DNA of 64,000 nucleotides from Methyloligellaceae bacterium (GTDB lineage Bacteria; Pseudomonadota; Alphaproteobacteria; Rhizobiales; CBDHHC01): NCBI GenBank assembly GCA_965263345.1, contig CBDHHC010000021.1, positions 4,182 to 68,181 of the forward strand, read 5' to 3'. Shown piece by piece: positions 9,071 to 17,693 of this stretch (position 1 is its first letter; each line of letters starts with the position of its first letter). The notes under the pieces were generated by a model. It saw only the letters and a program-made list of their open reading frames with translations, ran no database searches and was not told where the DNA came from. The position numbers and the translations under genes were made by a program.

Positions 9071-10294
9071 ATGAAAACGTATCACTATCAGGCTTATACC
9101 AAAGATGGTTCATTTGTTTCAGGGTATGTTGAGGCCTTAGATCAAAAAAGTGCTATAAATCAAGTATATCAAAAGGGGTTGCATCCATTTGAGACAAACC
9201 AAGTCTCTCATAAACACAGCAAAAATTGGTGGCATATTGAGCTAACAAATCGACATAAATTAAGTGATAGGGATTTGGCTATTTTTACCAGAGAACTAGC
9301 CACATTGTTAAAAGCTGAAATTCCACTCGACGAAACTTTACGGATATGTGCAGAGCAAAGCACGAGTCGTAAACTTAAATTATTTTGTGAATCTATTTTA
9401 GATAAAGTCGTGGCAGGCTCATCTTTAGCAAAAGCTTTGGCTAACTCAGAAGCAAAATTACCTACTTATTATTGTAGTTTGGTCGAAGTTGGAGAGGTTA
9501 GTGGTACATTAGGGAATGTATTTGGCGAGGTTGCAAAATTTATTGAAAATATTGATGAGGTGAGGTCCAAATTACGGTCCGCATTAATATATCCTGTGAT
9601 GCTGTTATTACTTTCTCTTGGAGCGATTATTTTTATTGCTACTTTTCTTGTACCTGCTTTGTTACCGATATTTGAAGATTCTGGAGCGCCAACGCCTTTC
9701 TTTATTGATTTGGTGCTGGGACTAAATTTATTGGTTACAATATATTGGCTGCCGTTATCCCTAGGGCTGGCTTTATCGATATTTGCGATGATGATGGCAT
9801 TTAGATTACCAACATCTCGTTTTATAATTGATAAGTTCTTACTGAAAACACCAATCGTTGGAAAGCTTATTATTCAAAGTGAGACAGGGCGTCTTTCAAG
9901 ATCACTTGCTATTTTGCTTAAACAGGGGATCACTCTGGTTCATGCGCTAGGGATATTGAAGAATGTGGCGAATAACCAATTGCTTAAACATAATATAGAA
10001 AGTTCATTGGAGACTATTAAAGAAGGTGAGAAGCTTCACAAAGCTTTTAATAAGATTGATGTTTTTCCTGATTTGATGAAACGGCTTGTGAAAGTTGGTG
10101 AAGAAACTGGCCGGTTGGATGATATGCTCTTTCACACTGCACATATTTATGAAACACAGTTTCAAAGATCAATCAGTTCTATATTAACCTGGTTTACACC
10201 TGTTATCACTCTTATCATGGGGGTTGGTATTGGTGGTTTAATGATTTCTGTTATGACAGCGATTTTAAGTGTCAATGAGATTGCCTTCCAATGA
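9071..10294 (+). CDS. gspF: Type II secretion inner-membrane platform protein GspF
   Basis: 407 aa, polytopic, GspF/PilC-type duplicated domain. It starts 4 nt after gspE. Confidence 0.9.
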   Translation: MKTYHYQAYTKDGSFVSGYVEALDQKSAINQVYQKGLHPFETNQVSHKHSKNWWHIELTNRHKLSDRDLAIFTRELATLLKAEIPLDETLRICAEQSTSRKLKLFCESILDKVVAGSSLAKALANSEAKLPTYYCSLVEVGEVSGTLGNVFGEVAKFIENIDEVRSKLRSALIYPVMLLLLSLGAIIFIATFLVPALLPIFEDSGAPTPFFIDLVLGLNLLVTIYWLPLSLGLALSIFAMMMAFRLPTSRFIIDKFLLKTPIVGKLIIQSETGRLSRSLAILLKQGITLVHALGILKNVANNQLLKHNIESSLETIKEGEKLHKAFNKIDVFPDLMKRLVKVGEETGRLDDMLFHTAHIYETQFQRSISSILTWFTPVITLIMGVGIGGLMISVMTAILSVNEIAFQ

Positions 10295-10752
10295 CAATCA
10301 ATTTTATTACATATAAAAAAAATGAAAGAGGCTTCACACTGATTGAGATGTTGGTAGTTTTGGTGGTCTTATCCAGTGTATTATTAATAACAGCACCCAT
10401 TATCAGGTCAAAGCCAGAAGCAATTGAACTGAGACATGCAAGTTTAGGAGTTGCATCTATGCTCCGCGAAACCAGATCTTATGCGGTGCGTCACAATCGG
10501 TCTGCGTCCTTTTCTTTTGACATAAAAAAACGTAAATACTGGAGCCTGAACAAAGGGCGGTCTCAAAAAGTTTCAAAAAGAATAATAGTCTCAATTTTAT
10601 CAGCACAAGAAGAGCGCGTGGAGCAGGACGTTGGGCTTATACGTTTTTTTGTAGATGGGAGTTCTACAGGTGGGCAAATTATTCTACAAAGTCAGAACCA
10701 TAAAGATATTATATCTATAGATTGGCTCTCAGGGAAAGTTATCGTTGAATGA
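10291..10752 (+). CDS. gspH: Minor pseudopilin GspH
   Basis: 153 aa. It has the prepilin-type N-terminus ERGFTLIEMLVVLVVL and a GspH-like body (FFVDGSSTGG). There is no GspG-type calcium-binding C-terminus. It overlaps gspF by ATGA. Confidence 0.6.
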   Translation: MTINFITYKKNERGFTLIEMLVVLVVLSSVLLITAPIIRSKPEAIELRHASLGVASMLRETRSYAVRHNRSASFSFDIKKRKYWSLNKGRSQKVSKRIIVSILSAQEERVEQDVGLIRFFVDGSSTGGQIILQSQNHKDIISIDWLSGKVIVE

Positions 10753-11141
10753 GAAGGATAAACGAGCAATCACAAAATGGTTTTACACTTATAGAAGTTC
10801 TTGTAGCCTTTACAATTCTTTCTATATCTTTGATCATTTTATTTCGCTCAATAGGTGTAGGAGCTCAGAATTATGGTTATGTGGAACGTAAAACGATAGC
10901 TTTGAGATTAGCCCAATCAAAACTTGCATCTGTAGGGTATGATATTCCTCTAAAAGTTGGAAATGTTAAAGGCCGTGAGGATAATATGCAATGGATGATA
11001 AAAATGGTTCCTTACAATAGAACAGTATCTCAAAGTAAGGCTACGAAAGATGGCATATGGGTTGAGGTTGTCGTAAAAGATAATTTTGGGAAATTTAAAA
11101 GACCTGTTCATGTAATGTTGTCGAGCTTTAAATTAAAATGA
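10749..11141 (+). CDS. gspI: Minor pseudopilin GspI
   Basis: 130 aa with N-terminus NGFTLIEVLVAFTILSISL. Size and position are typical of GspI. It overlaps its neighbours by 4 nt. Confidence 0.65.
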   Translation: MRRINEQSQNGFTLIEVLVAFTILSISLIILFRSIGVGAQNYGYVERKTIALRLAQSKLASVGYDIPLKVGNVKGREDNMQWMIKMVPYNRTVSQSKATKDGIWVEVVVKDNFGKFKRPVHVMLSSFKLK

Positions 11142-11794
11142 TCACCTTAATGTTTCAGTTAAGACACACAACTTCTAAAAAGAAAAAATATAAAAAAGGC
11201 TTCAGTTTAATTGAAGTTTTGATTGCCCTTACGCTTCTAGCTCTTATTTTTACATTTATCACAGGTGCTCTTCAATTTACCTACAGAAGCTGGCTGCTTT
11301 CAAATGATATTAATAAAACGTCTCCTCTTGTTACAGTACAGGATTTTCTAATACGGCATATTTCATCAGCAAAACCACTTCGGAGGCGGTTAAGTACTGA
11401 CACAAATTTACAACTTGCGTTTAAGGGAGAAAAAAACAGAATAGAATTCATTACTGAGATGCCCGAGCGTGTCGTATCTTCTGGGCTTTATAAGCTTTCT
11501 GTTTATTCTGAGAGTGAGAAAAAAAATGCACAGCTTATGGTTCACATTCAACCATTTCATCCTTTAAGATCGCTTTCTGAAATAAAAGGAAGGACAGGGC
11601 AACGTATATTGATCAATAATATTGACGAGGTTATTTTTGAATATTATGGAGCACAATCAAGATCAAGTGCACCTACATGGCATTTTAGCTGGAAACGCAA
11701 AGATGTATTACCAGATTTAATACGCATCAATATTATATTTCCCAAAAATGCCCCCCGGCACTGGACACCAATTGTTGTAAGAATTAAGCACTGA
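11138..11794 (+). CDS. gspJ: Minor pseudopilin GspJ
   Basis: 218 aa with N-terminus KGFSLIEVLIALTLLALIF. Size and position are typical of GspJ. Confidence 0.65.
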   Translation: MITLMFQLRHTTSKKKKYKKGFSLIEVLIALTLLALIFTFITGALQFTYRSWLLSNDINKTSPLVTVQDFLIRHISSAKPLRRRLSTDTNLQLAFKGEKNRIEFITEMPERVVSSGLYKLSVYSESEKKNAQLMVHIQPFHPLRSLSEIKGRTGQRILINNIDEVIFEYYGAQSRSSAPTWHFSWKRKDVLPDLIRINIIFPKNAPRHWTPIVVRIKH

Positions 11795-12000
11795 TTGTTA
11801 TGATCAGAAAAACCTATATTATATTCTAGGGCTTTCGTGACATTGATGTCACTGTACCGCAATTTGTATTGTCTCACTGCGAATGTTTTTGAGGTTGCCA
11901 TATTTTTGGCGCAGATCATTTTATAAGTTCCAGACAACATTTTTTAAATAGCATTTTACGAGATTTGTGGAGCCAACCACAGTCTCTGGAGGGATTTTTT

Positions 12001-13560
12001 ATGTCTTTGCATCTCGGCTTGCCGTTCGGTAAAAACGCGTCTTTTGTTCAAAGCCTCATCACTTTCAGTATCACTCTTTTCATAAGTTGGGTGACTATTG
12101 TTTCTTCAAATGCTCAAACGGAAGTGGTTGGGGCAACAGCAGGAACGGTTGGCGTGACACCGGCTGGTGGGGCGAGTTATTCGATACCGATTGCCGTTCC
12201 TGTGGGAACAACAGGCGTGCAGCCAAAGCTGGCTTTGCAATATAATTCGCAAGCTGGAAATGGTTTGGTGGGGATGGGCTTTTCTGTGTTGGGTCTGTCC
12301 ACAATTTCGCGCTGTCCGACAGATAATTTTTATGATAACCCGGCCAATGGTGGGATAGGTATTGATCCGGTTGATTATGACAATAATGATAAATACTGCC
12401 TAAATGGTCAGCGATTGGTTTCAGTTAATGGGACTTATGGAGCTGATGGCACAGAGTACCGGACCATCCTGGAAAGCTTTGATAAAATTATCTCTTATGG
12501 CAATACGGCAGGGGCCCCAACATCCTTTACGGTTTACAAAAAAAGCGGTGAGATTTTCACCTATGGGACCAGCACAGACAGCCGCGTGATTGGTTCAAAC
12601 CAAACCCAGGTTGGCACTTGGGCCTTAAAACGGATCTCTGATGTCAAAGGCAATTATGTCGAATTTTCTTATTTTAATGATAAGCCAACAGGCCAGTTTT
12701 ACCTGACGAAGGTGGACTATACAGGCAATGATGCTCTTGGCCTAGCGCCCTATAACCGTGTTGATTTTATTTATGAAAATCGCCCTGAACCGATTATAGC
12801 CTATATGACAAGGAGGCCAGGTCTCAGATTACCAAACGCCTCAAAGAGGTGAAAGTTTATACAGAGAACCAGCTGTTTCATGAGTACCGTTTGACTTATG
12901 AAACGGGGGCAACGAACCGTTCTCGTTTGGCGAGTATCAGGGAATGTACAGCTGGCAATACCTGCTTTAAGCCGACAGTGTTTAATTGGTCTGCTGATGG
13001 GGGGAGTGGGTTTGATAAGACCACAATTCCAGGCGCTGAAGCTATTCCAAATTATAACTCAGTTCATGCGACTGGGGATTTTAATGGTGATGGGCTTACG
13101 GATCTCTATATTCAGCTAACTTATGACAATGGCCGAGCTGCAGGGGGATCAAATATTGAAGGCAAGACATGGCTTGCGAATGGTGATGGAACATTTACAA
13201 AAATTATAATTCCTGACAATGAAGCCATGCCGGACAAAAGTCGTGTCCATGCAACTGGGGATTTTAATGGCGACGGTCTGACAGATTTATATGTTCAAGG
13301 TGCTCATACTTCTGGTCGTGCTGCAGGCGGGCAATCAATTCCAGGACAAGTATGGTACTCGGATGGTGATGGGACCTTCACAAAAGTTATCATTCCTGGC
13401 AATGACGCCATGCCAAACTATAGTAAAGTTGATCATGCCCATTCTGCGTGTACCTCTGGCTTTGCTGGCCGGACACGCATTTTTATATTCAACCGATACA
13501 GCTGAGCATGGCAAAGCAACTGCCACCTATTGCGGGTTATGGTCTGCCAATGGCAACTAA
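12001..13560 (+). pseudogene. Decayed N-terminal part of an SpvB/TcdB-N + FG-GAP(VCBS) + RHS polymorphic toxin gene
   Basis: A signal peptide (MSLHLG...VSSNAQT) is followed by an SpvB-type motif (ASYSIPIAVPVGTTGVQPKLALQYNSQAGNG).

The reading frame breaks at about 12790..12810: frame 1 ends with PIIAYMTRR..., while frame 3 continues LYDKEARSQITKRLKEVKVYTENQ. It breaks again at about 13430.

There are two near-identical 61-aa units (ATGDFNGDGLTDLY) and a degenerate third unit. Confidence 0.75.
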
Positions 13561-13630
13561 TCCAGCTTCAGGGTGATGGCTAGCACATGATGACGGAACT
13601 ATTCTTCCTTTGACAGGAATGGTCAATGCT

Positions 13631-15738
13631 GACCATGTCCTCAAAGTTCTTGCAACACGGTCCAGTTCTTCTATGGCCCGGATCGCAAACGCTTTAAACG
13701 CATAGACAACACGGTTGCGAAGGGCACTGTCACGACCATCTATGCAGCGGGCAAATCCTATGAGCGGATACAGGATGCCAATGGCACGCGGGTCAAACAT
13801 TATATCGGCGGCTTTGCGGTGGTCACACAAACAGTTGGGGCAACCTCACCGTTCCAGACCAGCTATCTGCACAAAGATCACCTCGGCTCAACAGATACGA
13901 TCACTGATGAGAGTGGTCAGGTTATTCAGCGCATGAGTTTTGACACCTGGGGCAAACGCCGTGAGATCAACTGGCAGGCCTTAAGCGCCTCTGCGATCAC
14001 TAATTTCAACACAGACATCACCACCCGAGGCTATACCGGCCATGAACAGATTGACGAGGTGGGTCTTATTCATATGAATGGCCGGGTCTATGATGCCGAG
14101 CTTGGCCGTTTCCTCTCGGCTGATCCGAACGTACAGGCACCAGATAATCTGCAAAACTGGAACCGGTATTCTTATGTCCTCAACAACCCCATGAGCTACA
14201 CCGATCCGACGGGGTATTTCTTTTCCAAACTGTTTAAGTCGATCGGCCGTGCACTTGGCAAAGCCTTCAGCGCCATTGGGCGGGTGTTTAAGAAGTTGTT
14301 ACAGAATCCGTTGGTGCGGGCGGCGATACAGATTGTAGCGTGTAGTTTTGGTCCCGTCGCCTGTGCCGGTGCTTCAGGGCTCATGTCTCTCGCGGGGGGA
14401 GGGTCTATTGCAGATGCCTTTAAGGCTGTGGCCTTCTCGTTTATATCAGCTGGAGTTTGGAAGGGTGTTAGCTTTGTCGTTGAAGGACTCAATCAAATAG
14501 GACAAGCGTTAGTACATGGGGTCGTCAATGGTGCTATGAGCGCAGCACAAGGCGGAAACTTCCTCGTGGGGTTTGCCTCGGGCGCATTAGGAAAAGCCAC
14601 TGGATTTATTTCTGACGCAATCAGCCAGGGCAATACGGTGCTGGATACGATTATCGTTGCAGCATCTGGCTGTGCGGGAGCTGTGATTGCAGGAGGGAGT
14701 TGTGCCAATGGTGCAATCTCAGCTGCTTTTGCAAATCTGTATAACAAATGGCAGACCGTAAATCGATGGTTGGATCGGATACAGACTGGGCTTGATGTTG
14801 TCGGTGTTGCCCCAGGTGTCGGAAACGCTGCAGATATTTTAAACGCAGCGATTTACTTCGCCCGTGGCAATGTTCAGGATGGCCTTCTCTCTCTGGGTGC
14901 GGCGCTTCCAGGCGGGCAGGCCATAGCCGTTGCGCGAATAGCAAGGCGTATTTGCTCTTTCCATGAAAGTACCCAAGTCAAAACAGACAGAGGCTTTGTA
15001 CCGATCAAAGATGTGAAGGTTGCAGACAAAGTCTGGGCACGGGACGAACAGACTGGAGAGATGACATATCAATCTGTTCTTGATGTGAATTGGAATAATT
15101 ATAAAGAAACTGTTTATATCAAGATAAAAGACATCAAGACAGGCCAAGAGCAGACGATTATTTCGAATAGAATCCACCCCTTCTATGTCAGCACAATTCA
15201 ACCTGGTTTGAAACTGGTTGCAAATGGTGGCGTAGATCTTTCTGGAACCAACGACACAGGAGAGTGGGTTGAGGCTCAATATCTGCATGCTGGACATCGT
15301 CTGCATAATGCGGATAACAGTTGGTCAGAGGTGGTGTCGGTCGATATTGCAAAGGAAGACTTAAGAGCCTATAATCTTCATGTTGATAAGTTCCATACGT
15401 TTTATGTGCGCGGTGCGGCGAATGACAATGCTAAGCCGGTTTGGGTGCATAATTGTGGTAGTTTTGCTGACTTAATGTCACCTGAAGATGCAAAAAGGTA
15501 TTTAGATCGATATAATAAGAAAGCGCCACAGCAATCATCACCTTATAACAGGCACACTAGGTATCATGAAAATGGAGATATAAAGCAAGTTACCACGTAT
15601 GATAAGTTTGGTAATCGACACCGCCAATATGATCTGAAGGATAGTAGAGGTAGACCTCCTCATCAGCATAATTTTACATATTCAAAAAATTATAGACCAT
15701 ATGGTGATAGAAGTGACAAGAGAGATATTAATGAATAA
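13631..15738 (+). CDS. Rhs-family toxin C-terminal module: RHS core end, Gly/Ala-rich hydrophobic region, PT-TG, Hint (PT-HINT) domain, unclassified toxin tip. It has no credible start codon of its own (orphan or truncated).
   Basis: The frame is open from 13631 (TVQFFYGPDRKRFKRIDN...). The RHS end motifs are YLHKDHLGSTD and GRFLSADPNVQ...NRYSYVLNNPMSYTDPTG. PT-TG is GLDVVGVAPGVGNAADILNAAIYFARG. The Hint domain runs from CSFHEST... through ...HPFYV... to ...VWVHN/C. A basic tail of about 94 aa follows. Confidence 0.8.
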
Positions 15739-16087
15739 TATGACTTTGATTGATAGTGAAAACTATTTTTCTAATCTAGTTTCATCAATAGATTGGGAAG
15801 ATGCTTTTATAAAAGATTTGACCTTAAAATCACCAAGTACATTAGATTTTGACACAGGTCATACCATTGCTCCTGATGCAGATTTTTCTTTAGAAATGCT
15901 AATATTGCTACCTGAAGGAGAACGCAAAGAGATTCGGTTTTTATTTGAAGAGGTAGATGTGTTGACGTGTTATGCTAGGACGGAAATAGATCCATTTGCT
16001 AAGTATCGTTTCAATGAAATTGAGATATATATATTTGGTAAAACAGATTTTTCTATTCGCTGTAAGAAAGTTTACTATCAGTATTAA
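15731..16087 (+). CDS. Putative cognate immunity protein of the Rhs toxin tip
   Basis: The ATG overlaps the toxin stop (ATGAATAA). It encodes an acidic protein of about 118 aa with the same low-GC composition as the toxin tip. The position is canonical for rhsI-type genes. Confidence 0.55.
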   Translation: MNNMTLIDSENYFSNLVSSIDWEDAFIKDLTLKSPSTLDFDTGHTIAPDADFSLEMLILLPEGERKEIRFLFEEVDVLTCYARTEIDPFAKYRFNEIEIYIFGKTDFSIRCKKVYYQY

Positions 16088-16106
16088 TAAAGTGAATAGG
16101 TCTTCC

Positions 16107-16135
16107 CCCAGCCGGACTGGTCATGCTGCCCTACG
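16107..16135 (+). repeat. Partial A-family repeat head (CCCAGCCGGACTGGTCATG...)
   Basis: Matches the first ~25 nt of the A elements. Confidence 0.5.
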
Positions 16136-16344
16136 GGATTCACACATCTCTACCTTTCATTGCCAGCATAAACCCTCCCAGCATGGTTGCAAGTTGTTTC
16201 CATCCTGTTGCCATGGTCTTGGGGCCTGGTGGTTTATAGTAACAGTTCCAACCGCCTAACCTGGCCACAATCCATGATAACCAACTTAGGTTTCCTTTTG
16301 AATGAGGATTTTTCTGTCGATCTGTCTTGCCTTCTAAAGTTTTT

Positions 16345-16470
16345 CCCAGCCGGACTGGTCATGTTGACCAGTCTGAGTGTTCTTGCCTTTGTTTGCGCAT
16401 CAGTTGGTGATAGGGTTTGTGCAAGAACGGTAGGGGCGCATCAGAATGATACGCCCCGCATCGGGGTCCG
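16345..16470 (+). repeat. Repeat family A copy 1 (REPIN-like)
   Basis: It has a 9-bp stem GACTGGTCA-tgt-TGACCAGTC. The inverted cores are GTTCTTGCC...GCAAGAAC. A second hairpin is GGGGCG...CGCCCC. It is nearly identical to 41761..41878. Confidence 0.85.
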
Positions 16471-16698
16471 CTTTTTTTATTTTACGTTCAGACGCCACTA
16501 AGGCTTTTCGCGCTAGGCGCGGCGCGCAGTCGCGCTTGCCATACAATATAATGAAAATTCATAATATTGTATGGTGATGAGGTTTCTTGATAGTGGGGTG
16601 TTTTATCAAAGAGGCGTGCCTTGCTTCGTCATCCCCAAATTTTGCCAGCCCATTTATTTTGCGTGCCCGACATGTGGTCTGAGCAAAATATTAGGGAT

Positions 16699-16799
16699 CC
16701 ATGCCGGACCGATCTTGCAGATCGGTCTGATGGTTCTTGCCTCTTTAGGGCTATTGCAAGAACAGTGAGGAATGGTCAGCATGACCATTCCTGCGAAGG
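16699..16799 (+). repeat. Repeat family E copy 1
   Basis: It has the hairpin GACCGATC-ttgca-GATCGGTC followed by GTTCTTGCC...GCAAGAAC. The first ~60 nt are identical to 18274..18333. Confidence 0.85.
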
Positions 16800-16894
16800 G
16801 TCAGGTGAGACGACAACCTCTGAAATTGCCAATGAGACCTTTGAAAGCGGCGCATCAGGCTGGAGCAATAATACGACTGCAACTGGCGGGGCAA

Positions 16895-17050
16895 CCCAGC
16901 CGGACTGGGCATGTTGCCCAGTCTGAGTGTTCTTGCAATTGTTTCCGCAGCATTTGGCGATGAGATTTATGCAAGAACAGCAAGATCGCATCAGAATGAA
17001 ACGACCCGCAATAAGGTTTGGTCCACAATAAAATGCACCCCACAGTGGGT
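16895..17050 (+). repeat. Repeat family A copy 2 (long variant)
   Basis: It shares the same head and core motifs. Its tail (...CGCAATAAGGTTTGGTCCACAATAAAATGCACCCC) is shared with the copy at 32546..32720. Confidence 0.8.
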
Positions 17051-17098
17051 TTAATCAAAAAATAATCATTTTGAATTTAAAAGGATTTCATTCTTCAC

Positions 17099-17617
17099 AT
17101 GAATTCAGAATGCAAAATGCCCAAAGCACGTATTATTCAAGAACAAAAAAACGGTTGTTATTTTCTCACACCCACCATTTGGAACTGGTATTATATTTTT
17201 GACAGGCATGAGCGATGGGCAATCATTGCTGACAGTTTGAAATATTGTCAGACATATAAAGGTTTGGAAATTTTTGCATATGTCTTTATGCTGAACCATC
17301 TTCATCTTATTGTCCGATCTGCAGACGTGCCAGGTTTTTTGAGAGATTTTAAAACGCATACTTCTAAAGAATTAAAGAAAAACTTGCAAGAGCATGAACC
17401 ACAAGTCTTGGAGCTTTTTCTTGATGAGGAAAAGGGGTATCGTTTTTGGAAAGATGATAACAAGCCCAAGCTGATTGAAACTGAAAAATTTTATCAGCAA
17501 AAAGTTAATTATATTCACGAAAATCCTGTCCATAAATGTTATGTTGAGCGGCCAGAATATTGGAAGTGGTCTTCTGCAAATCCTAACAGTGAGATTAGGC
17601 TTGTTGATTATCGATAA
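17099..17617 (+). CDS. IS200-like / REP-associated tyrosine transposase (RAYT, HUH Y1 family), apparently intact
   Basis: 172 aa with the HUH motif MLNHLHLIV and the catalytic-Tyr region VNYIHENPV. It is embedded among REP-like hairpins, and the hairpin GACGGATC-aaaat-GATCCGTC lies at 17637..17657 just downstream. Confidence 0.8.
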   Translation: MNSECKMPKARIIQEQKNGCYFLTPTIWNWYYIFDRHERWAIIADSLKYCQTYKGLEIFAYVFMLNHLHLIVRSADVPGFLRDFKTHTSKELKKNLQEHEPQVLELFLDEEKGYRFWKDDNKPKLIETEKFYQQKVNYIHENPVHKCYVERPEYWKWSSANPNSEIRLVDYR

Positions 17618-17693
17618 GCATAGGCAAGAACAATCAGACGGATCAAAATGATCCGTCCGGCAGGGATCGCACTAGAGGATTTGGGTCAAACTA

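Noticed and set aside
10291-10752. Possibility that the 153-aa prepilin-like protein is the major pseudopilin GspG
   Set aside because: Only the N-terminal GFTLIEMLVVL segment fits. The body (…IRFFVDGSSTGGQIIL…) resembles GspH, and the GspG-type conserved C-terminal region is absent. Its position before gspI-gspJ also fits gspH.
13537-13830. 97-aa minus-strand ORF inside the Rhs locus
   Set aside because: It is antisense to the GC-rich RHS-core remnant, whose plus-strand translation (FFYGPDRKRFKRIDN…HYIGGFAVV) is clearly homologous to Rhs proteins. This is a typical shadow ORF in GC-rich DNA.
16499-16577. GC-rich tract (GCGCTAGGCGCGGCGCGCAGTCGCGC) followed by a 17-bp inverted repeat CCATACAATATAATGAA…TTCATAATATTGTATGG. 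Considered as an IS terminal structure or terminator.
   Set aside because: It is a single occurrence in the window with no adjacent transposase end or T-run. It may be another repeat family, but that cannot be supported from one copy.
15996-17058. Seven overlapping ORFs of 63-104 aa from the ORF track (15996..16259, 16187..16501, 16571..16768, 16621..16926, 16772..16963, 16776..16991, 16855..17058)
   Set aside because: They run through the A and E repeat copies on both strands and overlap each other. Their translations are low-complexity or dictated by the repeats. The stretch …ANETFESGASGWSNNTTATGG (about 16830..16890) might be a remnant of a truncated gene, but it is too short to call.
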